NCBI GenBank assembly: GCA_016929445.1
Contig: JAFGIU010000063.1
Coordinates: forward strand, 1 to 55,737
Length of the DNA: 55,737 nt
Source: Candidatus Omnitrophota bacterium
Lineage (GTDB): Bacteria; Omnitrophota; Gorgyraeia; JAFGIU01
Direction of reading: 5' to 3'
Part shown: in pieces, positions 17,577 through 28,721 of the stretch
Layout of the letters: every line of letters starts with the position of its first letter
How positions within the stretch are numbered: the first letter of the stretch is position 1
The notes under the pieces: generated by a model
What the model saw: only the letters and a program-made list of their open reading frames with translations
The model's database searches: none
What the model was told of the DNA's origin: nothing
Program-made: the position numbers and the translations under genes

Positions 17577-18839
17577 TCACTCATCAGCAAACTGAGCCTT
17601 GGCCCAACCCAAAATCCGGTCCGCGTCCATGGATTCCTGTTCCCCGGTCGCCATATCCTTCACTGTGAGAGAGTTTCCTGAAAGCTCTCGTTCCCCGAGA
17701 ATCAAGACCCAGGATGCGTTCCGGCGATTGGCCTGCTTCATCTGGGCCTTGAGATTCTTCCCCGTACAGTCCCAATCCGCAGGAATCCCGTCCGACCTCA
17801 AGGCCTGCACCCACTCAAAGGCCTTGGGCACAGCGCTTTCATCCGCGGCTACCACAAAGACCAGGAAACGGCCTGCATCCGTCAAACTTGTTTCCGCTTC
17901 GGCCGCCAGAAAAAGACGTTCCACACCCATGGCAAAACCGACGGCCTCTGTTTCAGGTCCGCCCAGTTGGGCAATCAATCCATCATAACGCCCCCCGGCC
18001 CCCAAAGCATCCTGAGCCCCCAAAGCACTGTGCGTGATTTCAAAGACCGTATGGGAATAATAGTCCAGCCCCCTCACCAGATACGGATCCACTTCATAGC
18101 GCACCCCATTCTGGTCTAAAATCTTCCGCACGCTTTCAAAACGGGTCCGGCTCTGCTCTGAGAGAAACTCTATAACTCCCGGGCAGGAACGTGTCAACTC
18201 CCGCGCATCCGGGTCCTTGGAATCCAACAAACGAAAAATATTCTGCTCGGCCGTCGCGCGCGTGGTCTCACTCAAGCGATCCAGCCCGGGCTCCAAGTGC
18301 TCCCGAAGCCGGGCCGCCACATGGGAGCGCTCCCCGGCTTCTCCCAGGGTGCTGAGCAGGACACGGTATCCCTGAATCCCCAAGGCTTCCAAAAACCGGC
18401 AGGCCAGCAGAATCACTTCTGCGTCCACATAAGGGGAAGAGGGACCGATGTTTTCAACCCCGACCTGGTGAAACTGGCGTTGGCGCCCGGCCTGGGGACG
18501 CTCGGCCCGAAACATGGGACCTAAATAGTAGAGCTTTTGGCGCCCTGCGGCCGTCAGTCCGTTTTCCAGATAGGCCCGCACCACAGAGGCCGTGGCCTCC
18601 GGCCTCAGACAAACGTCCCGGTCTCCGCGGTCTCTAAAGGTGTACATCTGCTTTTGCACGATCTCCGTGGTCTCCCCCACTGCGCGGGTAAACACTGCGA
18701 GATCCTCCAAGAGAGGCATACGGATTTCGTCATAAGCATAAGTGCGGAAAATAGCTCGAGCAGCGCCCTCCAACCATTGCCAGCGCAAGCACTCTTCCGG
18801 CAAAATGTCTCGGGTCCCTCGCAGCGCTTTGATTTGCAC
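17577..18839 (-). CDS. hisS: Histidine--tRNA ligase
   Basis: The ORF-track start is a TTG at 18896. AAGGAG-N6-GTG at 18839 gives MQIKALRGTRDILP, the canonical HisRS N-terminus. Motifs include RPEATASVVRAY and GGGRYDGL. Confidence 0.92.
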   Translation of the reverse strand: MQIKALRGTRDILPEECLRWQWLEGAARAIFRTYAYDEIRMPLLEDLAVFTRAVGETTEIVQKQMYTFRDRGDRDVCLRPEATASVVRAYLENGLTAAGRQKLYYLGPMFRAERPQAGRQRQFHQVGVENIGPSSPYVDAEVILLACRFLEALGIQGYRVLLSTLGEAGERSHVAARLREHLEPGLDRLSETTRATAEQNIFRLLDSKDPDARELTRSCPGVIEFLSEQSRTRFESVRKILDQNGVRYEVDPYLVRGLDYYSHTVFEITHSALGAQDALGAGGRYDGLIAQLGGPETEAVGFAMGVERLFLAAEAETSLTDAGRFLVFVVAADESAVPKAFEWVQALRSDGIPADWDCTGKNLKAQMKQANRRNASWVLILGERELSGNSLTVKDMATGEQESMDADRILGWAKAQFADE

Positions 18840-18896
18840 CGGCAACTCCTTGGGAAATATCAATTTAGCATTGCAGCAATAGGGGGTCAATGACAA

Positions 18897-18924
18897 ACAG
18901 GGCGCAATGGAACTTGCGCCCTGT
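18897..18924 (-). terminator. Hairpin downstream of the cold-shock gene (probable terminator)
   Basis: ACAGGGCGCAA-N6-TTGCGCCCTGT is an 11-bp stem, followed on the minus strand by a weak U-run (UUGUCAUU). Confidence 0.5.
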
Positions 18925-18965
18925 CATGCTCAAAAAATCTCTAGGTATGTGTGGTCAATCACGCA

Positions 18966-19166
18966 TTAAGCGAGTTTGACATGCGCTGCCTGGGGGCCCT
19001 TTTCGCCTTGTACCAGCTCGAATACGACCTTTTGACCCTCTTGCAGGGTCTTGTATCCCTCCATCTCAACCGCAGAAAAATGGACGAAAACATCTTCGCC
19101 GCCTTCCTGCTCGATGAAGCCATACCCCTTTTGGCTCGAAAACCACTTTACAGTGCCTTCAGGCAT
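18966..19166 (-). CDS. Cold-shock protein (CspA family)
   Basis: [15 protein letters not shown] (RNP1) and DVFVHFS (RNP2). 66 aa. Confidence 0.95.
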   Translation of the reverse strand: MPEGTVKWFSSQKGYGFIEQEGGEDVFVHFSAVEMEGYKTLQEGQKVVFELVQGEKGPQAAHVKLA

Positions 19167-19256
19167 TTCTCCGAACCTCCGACTGTCAGGCTCAAACTTG
19201 GCCTCGGACCAGCCGGCTCAGACAGTCACTGTCAAGAAATCAGATAAGTCTAATAC

Positions 19257-19529
19257 TTATCCGATCTTCTGCTTCATAATCAAACCAGGCTTGAACACCG
19301 CGACCTTCTTGGGAGGCACAGGCACAGCATGTCCGGTTCTGGGATTCCGGCCGGTGCGCCCCCGGCGGGACTTCACCTTGAAAACGCCGAAATTCCGGAG
19401 CTCCACCTTCTCCCCCACAGCGAGGCTCTCAACAATACAATCCAGGGTGCGTTGAACCACGCGTTTGACGTCGACCTGCTTGATGTTCGACTCCTGCGCG
19501 ATTTTCATCACGATGTCTTTCTTCGTCAT
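19257..19529 (-). CDS. hup: HU/IHF family DNA-binding protein
   Basis: 90 aa. ...VELRNFGVFKVKSRRGRTGRNPRTGHAVPVPPKKVAVFKPG is the beta-arm with RNPxTG. Confidence 0.92.
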   Translation of the reverse strand: MTKKDIVMKIAQESNIKQVDVKRVVQRTLDCIVESLAVGEKVELRNFGVFKVKSRRGRTGRNPRTGHAVPVPPKKVAVFKPGLIMKQKIG

Positions 19530-19553
19530 CCGCGCTTCCCTCCTTCGCCGAAT

Positions 19554-19583
19554 AAATTAGCATCAACCCTAAATGCCCGTCAA
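19554..19583 (-). promoter_or_regulatory. Candidate sigma-70 promoter of hup
   Basis: Minus strand reads TTGACG (19583-19578), an 18-nt spacer ending in TGC, then TAATTT (19559-19554). The short leader that follows carries GAAGGAGGGAAG. Confidence 0.45.
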
Positions 19584-19605
19584 GACTAATTTTTCAAATA
19601 TTTCC

Positions 19606-22600
19606 TTATCTTGTATGTACTACTCCGGGACCCAAAATACCCTCAATCCCGCGGGTCAAAGCAGGAGACGGAGTCACATGTAAATCCTTGCCGACCATGA
19701 TCCGGACCTGCTGCCCGGCCCCGTTGACCATCTCAAGACTGACAGGCACCTGACCGGGGTGCCGGCCCAGGAGGCCTTTCAGGGCCTCGAGCTGGGGCTC
19801 GTCCACAGCCCTCCCGACCAGGTCAATGGACATTATACTCTGAAGTGATTTAATTGCAATAGGTAAGGATATTATCTGACTGGCCAGGATCTTGGGACTC
19901 TCCTCCCGTTTGGACAGACGGCCCCGGATCCAAAGAGGATCCGCGTTCCCGAGGTATTCCGAGCATTTCTTATAGGTCTCAGGAAATACCAGGACCTCGC
20001 ACTCCCCCTCCAGATCTTCCACCCAGAGGATGGCCATGCGCTCTCCGGTCCGTTTGGTGGTCGTGAGCCGGGAGCGGGCGATCAAAGCCCCGACCTTGAC
20101 CTCCTCCTCCTCAGAAGCCTCATCCAGCTGTTTGAGCGGGCAAGTGGCGTGAATCTCCAGCCAGGCCCGGTATTGGCTCAAAGGATGACCGCTCACATAA
20201 AAGCCCAGGAGTTCCTTTTCAGCGGCCAGGCGCACAGATTCAGGCCACTCTTCGATTTCCGCTGTCTGCGCGGTCTGGGCGGACGCGTCAAACCCGACGC
20301 CCTGGGCTGCGGCTCCGTCAAAAAAAGACATTTGCCCCTTTTGGCGATCCCGCTGCAAAACGGCAGCCGACTCCATGGCCGCCTCCGCCTTGGCCATGAG
20401 CACGGCGCGGCTGGACCCCAGGGTGTCCATGGCCCCGCAGCGAATCAAGCTTTCCAAAATCTTCCGGTTGACCAGACGCGTGTCCACGGACTCACAAAAC
20501 TGCTCGAGCGACTCAAAACGGCCCGTGCGGTCCCGGGCCTCCACAATGGACTCAATGGCACCCTCCCCCACATTCTTGATGGCCGCCAGACCAAAACGAA
20601 TCGCATTAGGGGAAGAAACAGTAAAATTAGCCCGGCTCTCATTGACATCCGGCGGGAGCACCTCGATGCCCGAACGCCGGGTCTCGCTAATGTACTGAAC
20701 CACCTTATCCGTGTTGTCGCGCTCACTTGTGAGCAAAGCCGCCCGGAATTCCACCGGAAAATTAGCTTTCAGGTAGGCGGTCTGATACGAAATCAGGGCA
20801 TAGGCGGCGCTATGGCTCTTGTTGAATCCATACCCTGAAAAATATTCGATGAGCCCAAATATTTTTTCGGCCAAGCCCCTGTTCAGACCCCGTTTCAGGG
20901 CGCCTTCCACAAAGGTCTTGGACATTTTCTCCATTACCGCAGGATTTTTCTTCCCCATGGCGCGCCGCAACAAATCCGCTTGGGCCAGGGTAAATCCCGC
21001 GAGGTCGCTTGCAATCCGCATGACCTGCTCCTGGTACAAAATCGTGCCGTAAGTTTCTTTGAGCACGGGCTCCAAGAGCGGATGGTCGTAAGTGATTCTG
21101 GAGCGGCTGTGTTTGCGATTCACAAAATCGTCCAGCATGCCGCTGCCGATCGGGCCGGGGCGGTAAAGGGCCAAGAGCGCAATCACATCCTCAAAGCTGG
21201 CAGGCTGAAGTTTCTTTAGCAAATCCCGCATGCCCGAGCTTTCCAACTGGAACACGCCCTCTGTCTCAGCCCGGCACAAAAGTTCAAAAGTCGGGGCGTC
21301 CTCCAGGCTAATCGAACGAATATCCACATCCACATCGCGGGTGCGCTTGATGATCTTGCAGGCCTGGTCGATCACCGTCAGCGTCTTGAGCCCCAAAAAG
21401 TCCATTTTGAGGAGCCCGATCTTTTCCAGGTAATTCATGGAATACCCGGTAGAAACCTGGCCGTCCCCGGTCTTGTACAGAGGCGCGTTTTCGGTAATGG
21501 GTTCCCGGCTGACCACCACGCCCGCGGCATGCGTGGATGCGTGCCGGTTCAGGCCCTCCAGGACCATGGAAATTTCCAGGAGCTTGCGCACCTGCTCATT
21601 CGACTCTTGGAGCTGTTTGAGTTCAGGCTCCAGCTCCAAGGCGCGCTCCAAAGTCATCTTGAGTTCATTGGGAATGAGTTTGGCAATCCGGTCCGCTTCC
21701 GCATAGGGCACGGCCATTACACGCGCCACGTCCCGGACAACCGCTTTAGCCATCATGGTTCCAAAGGTAATGATCTGCGCCACATTCTGATCGCCGTACT
21801 TCTGGATCACATACTCGATGACCTCGCCGCGCCGCTCATAACAAAAATCAATATCAATATCCGGCATGGACACACGCTCAGGATTCAGAAAGCGTTCAAA
21901 TAGCAAGCCGTAACGCAGCGGGTCAATATTGGTGATCCCCAGCAAATAGGCAATGATGCTCCCTGCCGCCGAACCCCGGCCCGGTCCCACAGGAATCCCC
22001 TTTTCTCTTGCAGCGCGGATGAAGTCCCAAACAATAAGGAAATAGCTCACATAGCCCGTGCTCTGGATAATATTGAGTTCATGCTTGAGCCGGCGCCGGA
22101 CCTCTTCGCCGGGGTTGGGATAGCGGGATTTCAAACCTTCTTCACAGAGATGCGCCAGGTAGGCTTCGTGTGTGTAGCCCTGGGGCGGTTCGAATTCCGG
22201 CATATGCCGCTGGGTGAAATCCAGGTCCAGATTACAGCGCTCGGCGATCCTTACGGTATTGGCCGTGGCCCCGGGGAGCTCGGAAAAAAGTCGGCACATC
22301 TGTTCCGCTGATTTGAAGTAGAGCTGATCGGAAGGGTTCTTCATGCGGCGAGGATCGTCCAGGGTCCACTGGTTGTGGATGCACACCAGCACATTCTGGG
22401 CCTCGGCATGGTCCTGCTCCAGATAGTGCACATTATTTGTGGCCACCAAAGGCACCCCTGTCTGTTTGGAAAGCGCCACTAGGTGCTGGTTGAGCTCCTT
22501 TTGTTCCGGACGTCCGTGATCCTCGAGTTCTAAATAAAAATTTTCAGGCCCCAATATCTCCAGGTAGGTTTGAGCAGCTTCCCGCGCCTTGGCCTCCTGC

Positions 22601-23055
22601 TGTTCCAAAAGGAAATGCGAGACCTCTCCCCGCATGCCTCCGGAAAGCCCGATCAGGCCCTCGGCATGGCGGCGCAGGAGTTCCTTGTCGATGCGCGGTT
22701 TGTAGTAAAAACCTTCCAGGTAACCCGCACTCGCGAGCTTGAGCAGATTGCGATAGCCGGCCTCGTTTGCCGCCAAAAGCACCAGCCGGTGAGAGGCTTC
22801 GCGCAGCCCGTGCGTGGCGCGCTCCGTCCGGTCCTTGGGCGCCACATAGGCATCCAAACCCACAATGGGTTTGATCCCGGCATTCCGGCACTCAATCAAA
22901 AATTCGATAGCCCCGAAGAGATTTCCGTAATCCGTCACAGCCAGGGCAGGCATTTCGAATTCCACGGCGCGCTGGACCAAGGCGGGAATGGTGCAGGAGC
23001 TTGCCAGAAGACTGTAATGGGTGTGGACATGCAGATGGACAAATTGTGTAGGCAT
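19606..23055 (-). CDS. dnaE: DNA polymerase III alpha subunit
   Basis: PHP domain FVHLHVHTHYSLL, a polymerase core, and an OB fold. ATG at 23055. The GTG at 23064 is an alternative start. Confidence 0.95.
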   Translation of the reverse strand: MPTQFVHLHVHTHYSLLASSCTIPALVQRAVEFEMPALAVTDYGNLFGAIEFLIECRNAGIKPIVGLDAYVAPKDRTERATHGLREASHRLVLLAANEAGYRNLLKLASAGYLEGFYYKPRIDKELLRRHAEGLIGLSGGMRGEVSHFLLEQQEAKAREAAQTYLEILGPENFYLELEDHGRPEQKELNQHLVALSKQTGVPLVATNNVHYLEQDHAEAQNVLVCIHNQWTLDDPRRMKNPSDQLYFKSAEQMCRLFSELPGATANTVRIAERCNLDLDFTQRHMPEFEPPQGYTHEAYLAHLCEEGLKSRYPNPGEEVRRRLKHELNIIQSTGYVSYFLIVWDFIRAAREKGIPVGPGRGSAAGSIIAYLLGITNIDPLRYGLLFERFLNPERVSMPDIDIDFCYERRGEVIEYVIQKYGDQNVAQIITFGTMMAKAVVRDVARVMAVPYAEADRIAKLIPNELKMTLERALELEPELKQLQESNEQVRKLLEISMVLEGLNRHASTHAAGVVVSREPITENAPLYKTGDGQVSTGYSMNYLEKIGLLKMDFLGLKTLTVIDQACKIIKRTRDVDVDIRSISLEDAPTFELLCRAETEGVFQLESSGMRDLLKKLQPASFEDVIALLALYRPGPIGSGMLDDFVNRKHSRSRITYDHPLLEPVLKETYGTILYQEQVMRIASDLAGFTLAQADLLRRAMGKKNPAVMEKMSKTFVEGALKRGLNRGLAEKIFGLIEYFSGYGFNKSHSAAYALISYQTAYLKANFPVEFRAALLTSERDNTDKVVQYISETRRSGIEVLPPDVNESRANFTVSSPNAIRFGLAAIKNVGEGAIESIVEARDRTGRFESLEQFCESVDTRLVNRKILESLIRCGAMDTLGSSRAVLMAKAEAAMESAAVLQRDRQKGQMSFFDGAAAQGVGFDASAQTAQTAEIEEWPESVRLAAEKELLGFYVSGHPLSQYRAWLEIHATCPLKQLDEASEEEEVKVGALIARSRLTTTKRTGERMAILWVEDLEGECEVLVFPETYKKCSEYLGNADPLWIRGRLSKREESPKILASQIISLPIAIKSLQSIMSIDLVGRAVDEPQLEALKGLLGRHPGQVPVSLEMVNGAGQQVRIMVGKDLHVTPSPALTRGIEGILGPGVVHTR

Positions 23056-23309
23056 CGGATTCACTAACTGAGCTTGCCGGGGGCTGATCGTTCCCCATGC
23101 GCAGCTCGTATAAGACGGGAATGGCCATTTACGGAGGAACTCGAAATCGCAACAGCCTTAGATTACTTCGGAGCACACGCCCTGCGATTTCGTGTAGCCC
23201 CCCGCATTTCTCAAAAGGATGAAAAGCCTACGTGAGGCGGTCCGGAGTAAATGGGGCATTCCCAGCGCAAGACCAGGTTGCGCACCAAAACAATCAGCTC
23301 CTGGATCAG

Positions 23310-24851
23310 TTATTCCCACTCAATCGTAGCGGGTGGCTTGGAGCTGATATCGTAGACAACCCGGTTCACACCGGGCACTTCGTTGATAATGCGCGAGGAC
23401 ATTTGATTGAGCACGTCATGCGGGAGTTGTGCCCAGTCGGCAGTCATGCCGTCTTGGCTCGTCACCGCCCGGATGGCCACCACATTCTCATAGGTCCGCG
23501 CGTCGCCCATCACTCCGACGCTGCGCACAGGCAGCAGCACAGCAAAGGCCTGCCACACAGACCGCTCATGCCCGCTCGTGCGCAGCACTTCCAGGACACG
23601 GACATCGGCCTCCCGCAGGACTTTCAATCGCTCTTCAGTCACCTCGCCCAAGATACGCACGGCTAAGCCCGGGCCGGGAAATGGATGGCGCCATACCAGG
23701 GAATCGGGTAAACCCAAAGCGGTTCCGATCACCCTCACCTCATCTTTGAAAAGATCGCGCAAGGGTTCTAAAAGTTCGAGTTTCATGTGCTCGGGCAAGC
23801 CCCCCACATTGTGGTGGCTCTTGATCACGGCCGAGGGCGCCCCCTTTGGAGAAACGGATTCAATGACGTCCGGGTAAAGCGTGCCCTGGGCCAAAAACTT
23901 GGCGTTCTTTATTTGGGCCGCTTCAGCCTCAAAAACCTCGATAAACTGATGGCCGATAATCTTGCGCTTCTTTTCGGGATCCTCAACGCCGCGCAACGCA
24001 TCGATGAATCGTTTGCGCGCATCGACCACACGGAGATCCACGTCATAATGCTCTCCGATTGCCGCCTCAACTGTTTTCCTCTCGTTCTTGCGAAGCAACC
24101 CGTTGTCCACAAAGATACAGGTCAGGCGGCGCCCGATGGCCTTTGCAATGAGGGCCGCGGCCACAGAGGAATCCACCCCGCCGCTCAGGCCCAGGACCAC
24201 GTGGTCGGCGGCCACCTGCTCTCGAATCCGGGACACAGATTCCTCGATTACCGAATCTGCGGTCCAATCCGCCTTGCAGCCGCATATCTTATAGAGGAAG
24301 TTCCGGAGAATTTGCGCGCCTTGGGATGTGTGCACAACCTCCGGATGGAACTGGACGCCGTAGAAGCGGCGCTTACGGTCGGCCACAGCAGCAAGCGGAA
24401 TCTGAGAGGTTGTGGCCAAAACATCGAATGCCGGAGGCAAGGAGTCCACAATATCCGCATGACTCATCCAGCAAACACTCTCTGCCTCCACCTCATCAAA
24501 GAGATCCTCATGGTTGCACACCCGCAGCGCGGTGCGCCCGTATTCCCGGCCTGAGGATGCATGCACAGACCCGCCTGTCAGCGTGGCAAGCAATTGCATG
24601 CCGTAGCAGATTCCGAGGATAGGAACCCCCGCGTCAAAAACCTTGGGGTCCAGGCGCGGTGAATCCGGCTCATTCACACTGGCCGGACCGCCGGAAAGAA
24701 TCACACCCTTGGGCGCAATCTCCCGGATCTCTTCAGGACTCACTGTATAGGGAACAATGCGGCAAAAAACCTTGGACTCGCGAACACGACGGGCAATGAG
24801 CTGACTGTATTGGGAACCAAAATCCAGGATGAGGACAGTCTCGTGCCTCAC
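23310..24851 (-). CDS. guaA: GMP synthase (glutamine-hydrolysing)
   Basis: GATase [18 protein letters not shown]...GICYGMQ, ATP-PPase SGGVDSSV, and C-terminal ...KPPATIEWE. The GTG start overlaps the upstream stop (GTGA). Confidence 0.96.
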   Translation of the reverse strand: MRHETVLILDFGSQYSQLIARRVRESKVFCRIVPYTVSPEEIREIAPKGVILSGGPASVNEPDSPRLDPKVFDAGVPILGICYGMQLLATLTGGSVHASSGREYGRTALRVCNHEDLFDEVEAESVCWMSHADIVDSLPPAFDVLATTSQIPLAAVADRKRRFYGVQFHPEVVHTSQGAQILRNFLYKICGCKADWTADSVIEESVSRIREQVAADHVVLGLSGGVDSSVAAALIAKAIGRRLTCIFVDNGLLRKNERKTVEAAIGEHYDVDLRVVDARKRFIDALRGVEDPEKKRKIIGHQFIEVFEAEAAQIKNAKFLAQGTLYPDVIESVSPKGAPSAVIKSHHNVGGLPEHMKLELLEPLRDLFKDEVRVIGTALGLPDSLVWRHPFPGPGLAVRILGEVTEERLKVLREADVRVLEVLRTSGHERSVWQAFAVLLPVRSVGVMGDARTYENVVAIRAVTSQDGMTADWAQLPHDVLNQMSSRIINEVPGVNRVVYDISSKPPATIEWE

Positions 24852-26011
24852 TTCCCCATCCCAACGCGCTGCGCTTGCTGGAAGATCTTTCCCTCAGTAC
24901 GAATCGACGGAGCAATAATGATTTCGGTGATCTGCATTTCCTGGATATTGCGCGCGCCAATACTGCCCATGCACGTTTGCAGAGCCCCCACTAAGTTCTG
25001 AGAGCCGTCATCCAGATCTGCGGGACCAAAAAGAATCTGCTCCAGGCTTCCTGTGGTGCCGACGCGTATCCGCGTGCCGCGAGGCAGGTTGTGATGAGGT
25101 GTGGCCATGCCCCAATGGTAACCGCGGCCCGGCGCTTCCTGCGCGCGGGCAAAGGCCGAACCGACCATTACCGCATCCGCCCCGCAGGCAAAGGCCTTGC
25201 AGATGTCCCCGCCCGTATTCATCCCCCCGTCCGTGATAATCGGCACATATTCGGCCGAGGTCTTATAGTGAAAGTCCCGAGCTGCCGCCACATCGCAGGT
25301 GGCCGTCACCTGGGGAACACCCAGGCCCAAGACCCCCCGGGTGGTACACGCCGCTCCGGGCCCCACACCCACCAAGACGCCCTTGGCTCCGGCTTGCATG
25401 AGCTGAAGAGCCACCTCATAGGTCACCACATTCCCGACCACAACGGGAATCTTCATTGTCTTTTGGAGAAATTTGGGCAGGTCCAAGACCTTATATTCCG
25501 TGGCAATGTGTTCCACTGTGGCGACTGTGGACTGGACAAAGAACGCATCCGCACCCGCATCCTGGGCAATCTTCCCGTTGCGCTCGGCATTCTGGGGAAT
25601 ACAACTAACCACGGCCGTGGCGCCCGCAGCTTTCATCTCCTTCACGCGCTTTTCGACCAGCTTTTCTTTGACCGGTTCCGTGTAGAGCCCCTGAACCAGG
25701 TGAGTGGCCTCCTCGGGGGGCGCCTTGGCAATCTTGTCCAGGACCTCATTCGGGTCCTCGTAACGGGTCTGAACCCCGTCCAGGTTGAGAACGGCGATGC
25801 CTCCGAGTTCGCCCATCTTCGCGGCAAAGGGCACGTCCACAACCCCGTCCATGGCTGCAGCCAGGATCGGCACATCAAATTTCCGCCCCCCCAATTTCCA
25901 GCTTGTGTCCACCTCATTGGGGTTGATGGTGACCGAGCCGGGCACCAGTGCAATCTCATCAAATCCGTAGCATCTACGGGCCTTCCGGCCCCGTCCAATC
26001 CACATTCCCAT
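24848..26011 (-). CDS. IMP dehydrogenase family protein, GuaB3-like (no CBS pair)
   Basis: The N-terminus [21 protein letters not shown] resembles mycobacterial GuaB3. TIM-barrel motifs [11 protein letters not shown] (Cys retained) and [25 protein letters not shown] are present. At 387 aa there is no room for a CBS subdomain. Confidence 0.8.
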   Translation of the reverse strand: MGMWIGRGRKARRCYGFDEIALVPGSVTINPNEVDTSWKLGGRKFDVPILAAAMDGVVDVPFAAKMGELGGIAVLNLDGVQTRYEDPNEVLDKIAKAPPEEATHLVQGLYTEPVKEKLVEKRVKEMKAAGATAVVSCIPQNAERNGKIAQDAGADAFFVQSTVATVEHIATEYKVLDLPKFLQKTMKIPVVVGNVVTYEVALQLMQAGAKGVLVGVGPGAACTTRGVLGLGVPQVTATCDVAAARDFHYKTSAEYVPIITDGGMNTGGDICKAFACGADAVMVGSAFARAQEAPGRGYHWGMATPHHNLPRGTRIRVGTTGSLEQILFGPADLDDGSQNLVGALQTCMGSIGARNIQEMQITEIIIAPSIRTEGKIFQQAQRVGMGK

Positions 26012-26338
26012 CTAGACCTTCCTCCCGGTTAACGACGTTATCCGATTAATATAGTCGCGGCATCTGGGGGTGTCAATCGTGGCTCCATATCCCGAAATCA
26101 TTCCCCCGGTCGGGCTTGGAAGCTTGCTTAGGACCGGATGGAGACACCCTCCGGAGGGGCGGCGCCTCACGGAGGAGCTCAAAATCGCTAAAGCCACAAA
26201 TGTCTTGAGGGCGTTTGCCCCGCGATGTTGGGCAGCCCTCTGCACTTCACCTAATGAGGAACAGATTAGCTAAGGCGATCCCGAGTGAGGACGACCGGCC
26301 CGATCTTTGGGGAATGCAGACCCGACACCCTGACCAAA

Positions 26339-26395
26339 GGGGACGGTTCTCACGTAACTTACTGCCGCACAATGAATAGCCGAGACCTGTCCCTG
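26339..26395 (+). repeat. Palindromic repeat family 1, copy C
   Basis: GGGGACGGTTCTC-ACGTAACTTACTGCCGCACAATGAATAGCC-GAGACCTGTCCCTG. It aligns end to end with the reverse complement of copy D, including an identical GTAACTTACTG core. Confidence 0.75.
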
Positions 26396-26427
26396 GTTCA
26401 AAGCCTAGGTTCCTCCCTGGAGCGCGC

Positions 26428-26469
26428 AAAAGACAAAGGCCCTGCCGCCGGTGTGACAGCAGGGCCTTT
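26428..26469 (-). terminator. Rho-independent terminator of groESL
   Basis: Minus strand reads AAAGGCCCUGC-N13-GCAGGGCCUUU then GUCUUUUG. It starts 23 nt after the groEL stop. Confidence 0.8.
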
Positions 26470-26491
26470 GGAACGACTATTTCATGCTGGA

Positions 26492-28153
<1,662 letters not shown>

Positions 28154-28447
28154 TTACTGCACAATGGCCAGAATGTCGTCTTCCCTCATAATCAAATAAT
28201 CTTCGTCAGTATTCTTGATTGTGACCTCAGTGCCGGAATACTTGCCGAAAAGCACCTTGTCACCCACCTTGACGTCCAGCGCCTTCACTTCACCGCTGTC
28301 CAGCACCTTGCCCGTGCCCACGGCCACAATCTCGCCCTCTTGGGGCTTTTCCTTGGCTGTGTCCGGCAACAAAATACCCCCCTGGGTCTTTGCTTCTGCT
28401 TCCAGAAGCTTGACCAGGACTCGATCACCCAAAGGCTTAAGGGCCAT
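28154..28447 (-). CDS. groES: Co-chaperonin GroES
   Basis: [13 protein letters not shown]...[25 protein letters not shown] at 28447 with GAAGGAGGAG upstream. The 17-codon ORF-track extension is rejected. Confidence 0.95.
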   Translation of the reverse strand: MALKPLGDRVLVKLLEAEAKTQGGILLPDTAKEKPQEGEIVAVGTGKVLDSGEVKALDVKVGDKVLFGKYSGTEVTIKNTDEDYLIMREDDILAIVQ

Positions 28448-28491
28448 CGTAACTCCTCCTTCTCGTTGGTTCCATGATCCTTCTTCAGTTA

Positions 28492-28518
28492 TCAGCACTC
28501 TATCCCGTTGAGTGCCAG
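28492..28518. promoter_or_regulatory. CIRCE-like operator (HrcA site) upstream of groES
   Basis: TCAGCACTC-N9-GAGTGCCAG matches the consensus TTAGCACTC-N9-GAGTGCTAA at 15/18, with a perfect GCACTC-N9-GAGTGC core. It lies 45-71 nt before the groES ATG. A possible promoter, TTGCTC-N17-TAAACT, sits at 28563-28535 on the minus strand. Confidence 0.65.
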
Positions 28519-28588
28519 AAAATTCATTAGGCTTAGTTTAGTGGATGTGGGAACACAGAGCAAGCAAAAAATGCAGTATTTCCCTATT

Positions 28589-28645
28589 CAGGGACGGTTC
28601 TCGCTATCCCCAATTTTCACAGTAAGTTACACGAGATCCGTCCCC
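28589..28645 (-). repeat. Palindromic repeat family 1, copy D
   Basis: CAGGGACGGTTCTCG-N27-CGAGATCCGTCCCC. Its reverse complement aligns with copy C. Confidence 0.75.
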
Positions 28646-28663
28646 TTGGGCCGGATAGCTGAT

Positions 28664-28721
28664 GGGGACGACCCTTACACAACATTTTGGGGGAGAGTGG
28701 GTTAGAGAGACCTGTCCCTGG
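28664..28721. repeat. Palindromic repeat family 1, copy E (degenerate left arm)
   Basis: GGGGACGACCCTTA...GAGACCTGTCCCTGG. The right 15 nt are identical to copy C. It overlaps the last 6 codons and the stop of coaX. Confidence 0.55.

Noticed and set aside
26047-26100. Possible purine (guanine) riboswitch just upstream of guaB3. The minus strand contains GGGAUAUGGA...GACUAUAUU, reminiscent of the L2 loop and J3/1 of the xpt aptamer.
   Set aside because: P3 cannot form because the CCCCAGAUGCCGCG segment has no complement. The J2/3 equivalent (UUGACACC) lacks the ligand-contacting U residues, and P1 pairing is only 4 bp.
26012-26433. The size of the spacer (about 420 nt after the terminator) suggested RNase P RNA, tmRNA, SRP RNA or 6S RNA.
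   Set aside because: Neither strand carries the signature motifs: no GAGGAAAGUCC/ACAGAAnCCGGCUUA (RNase P), no GGGG...UUCGAC 5' end, tag reading frame or ...CUCCACCA 3' end (tmRNA), and no GGAAGCAGCC (SRP). 6S cannot be judged by eye.
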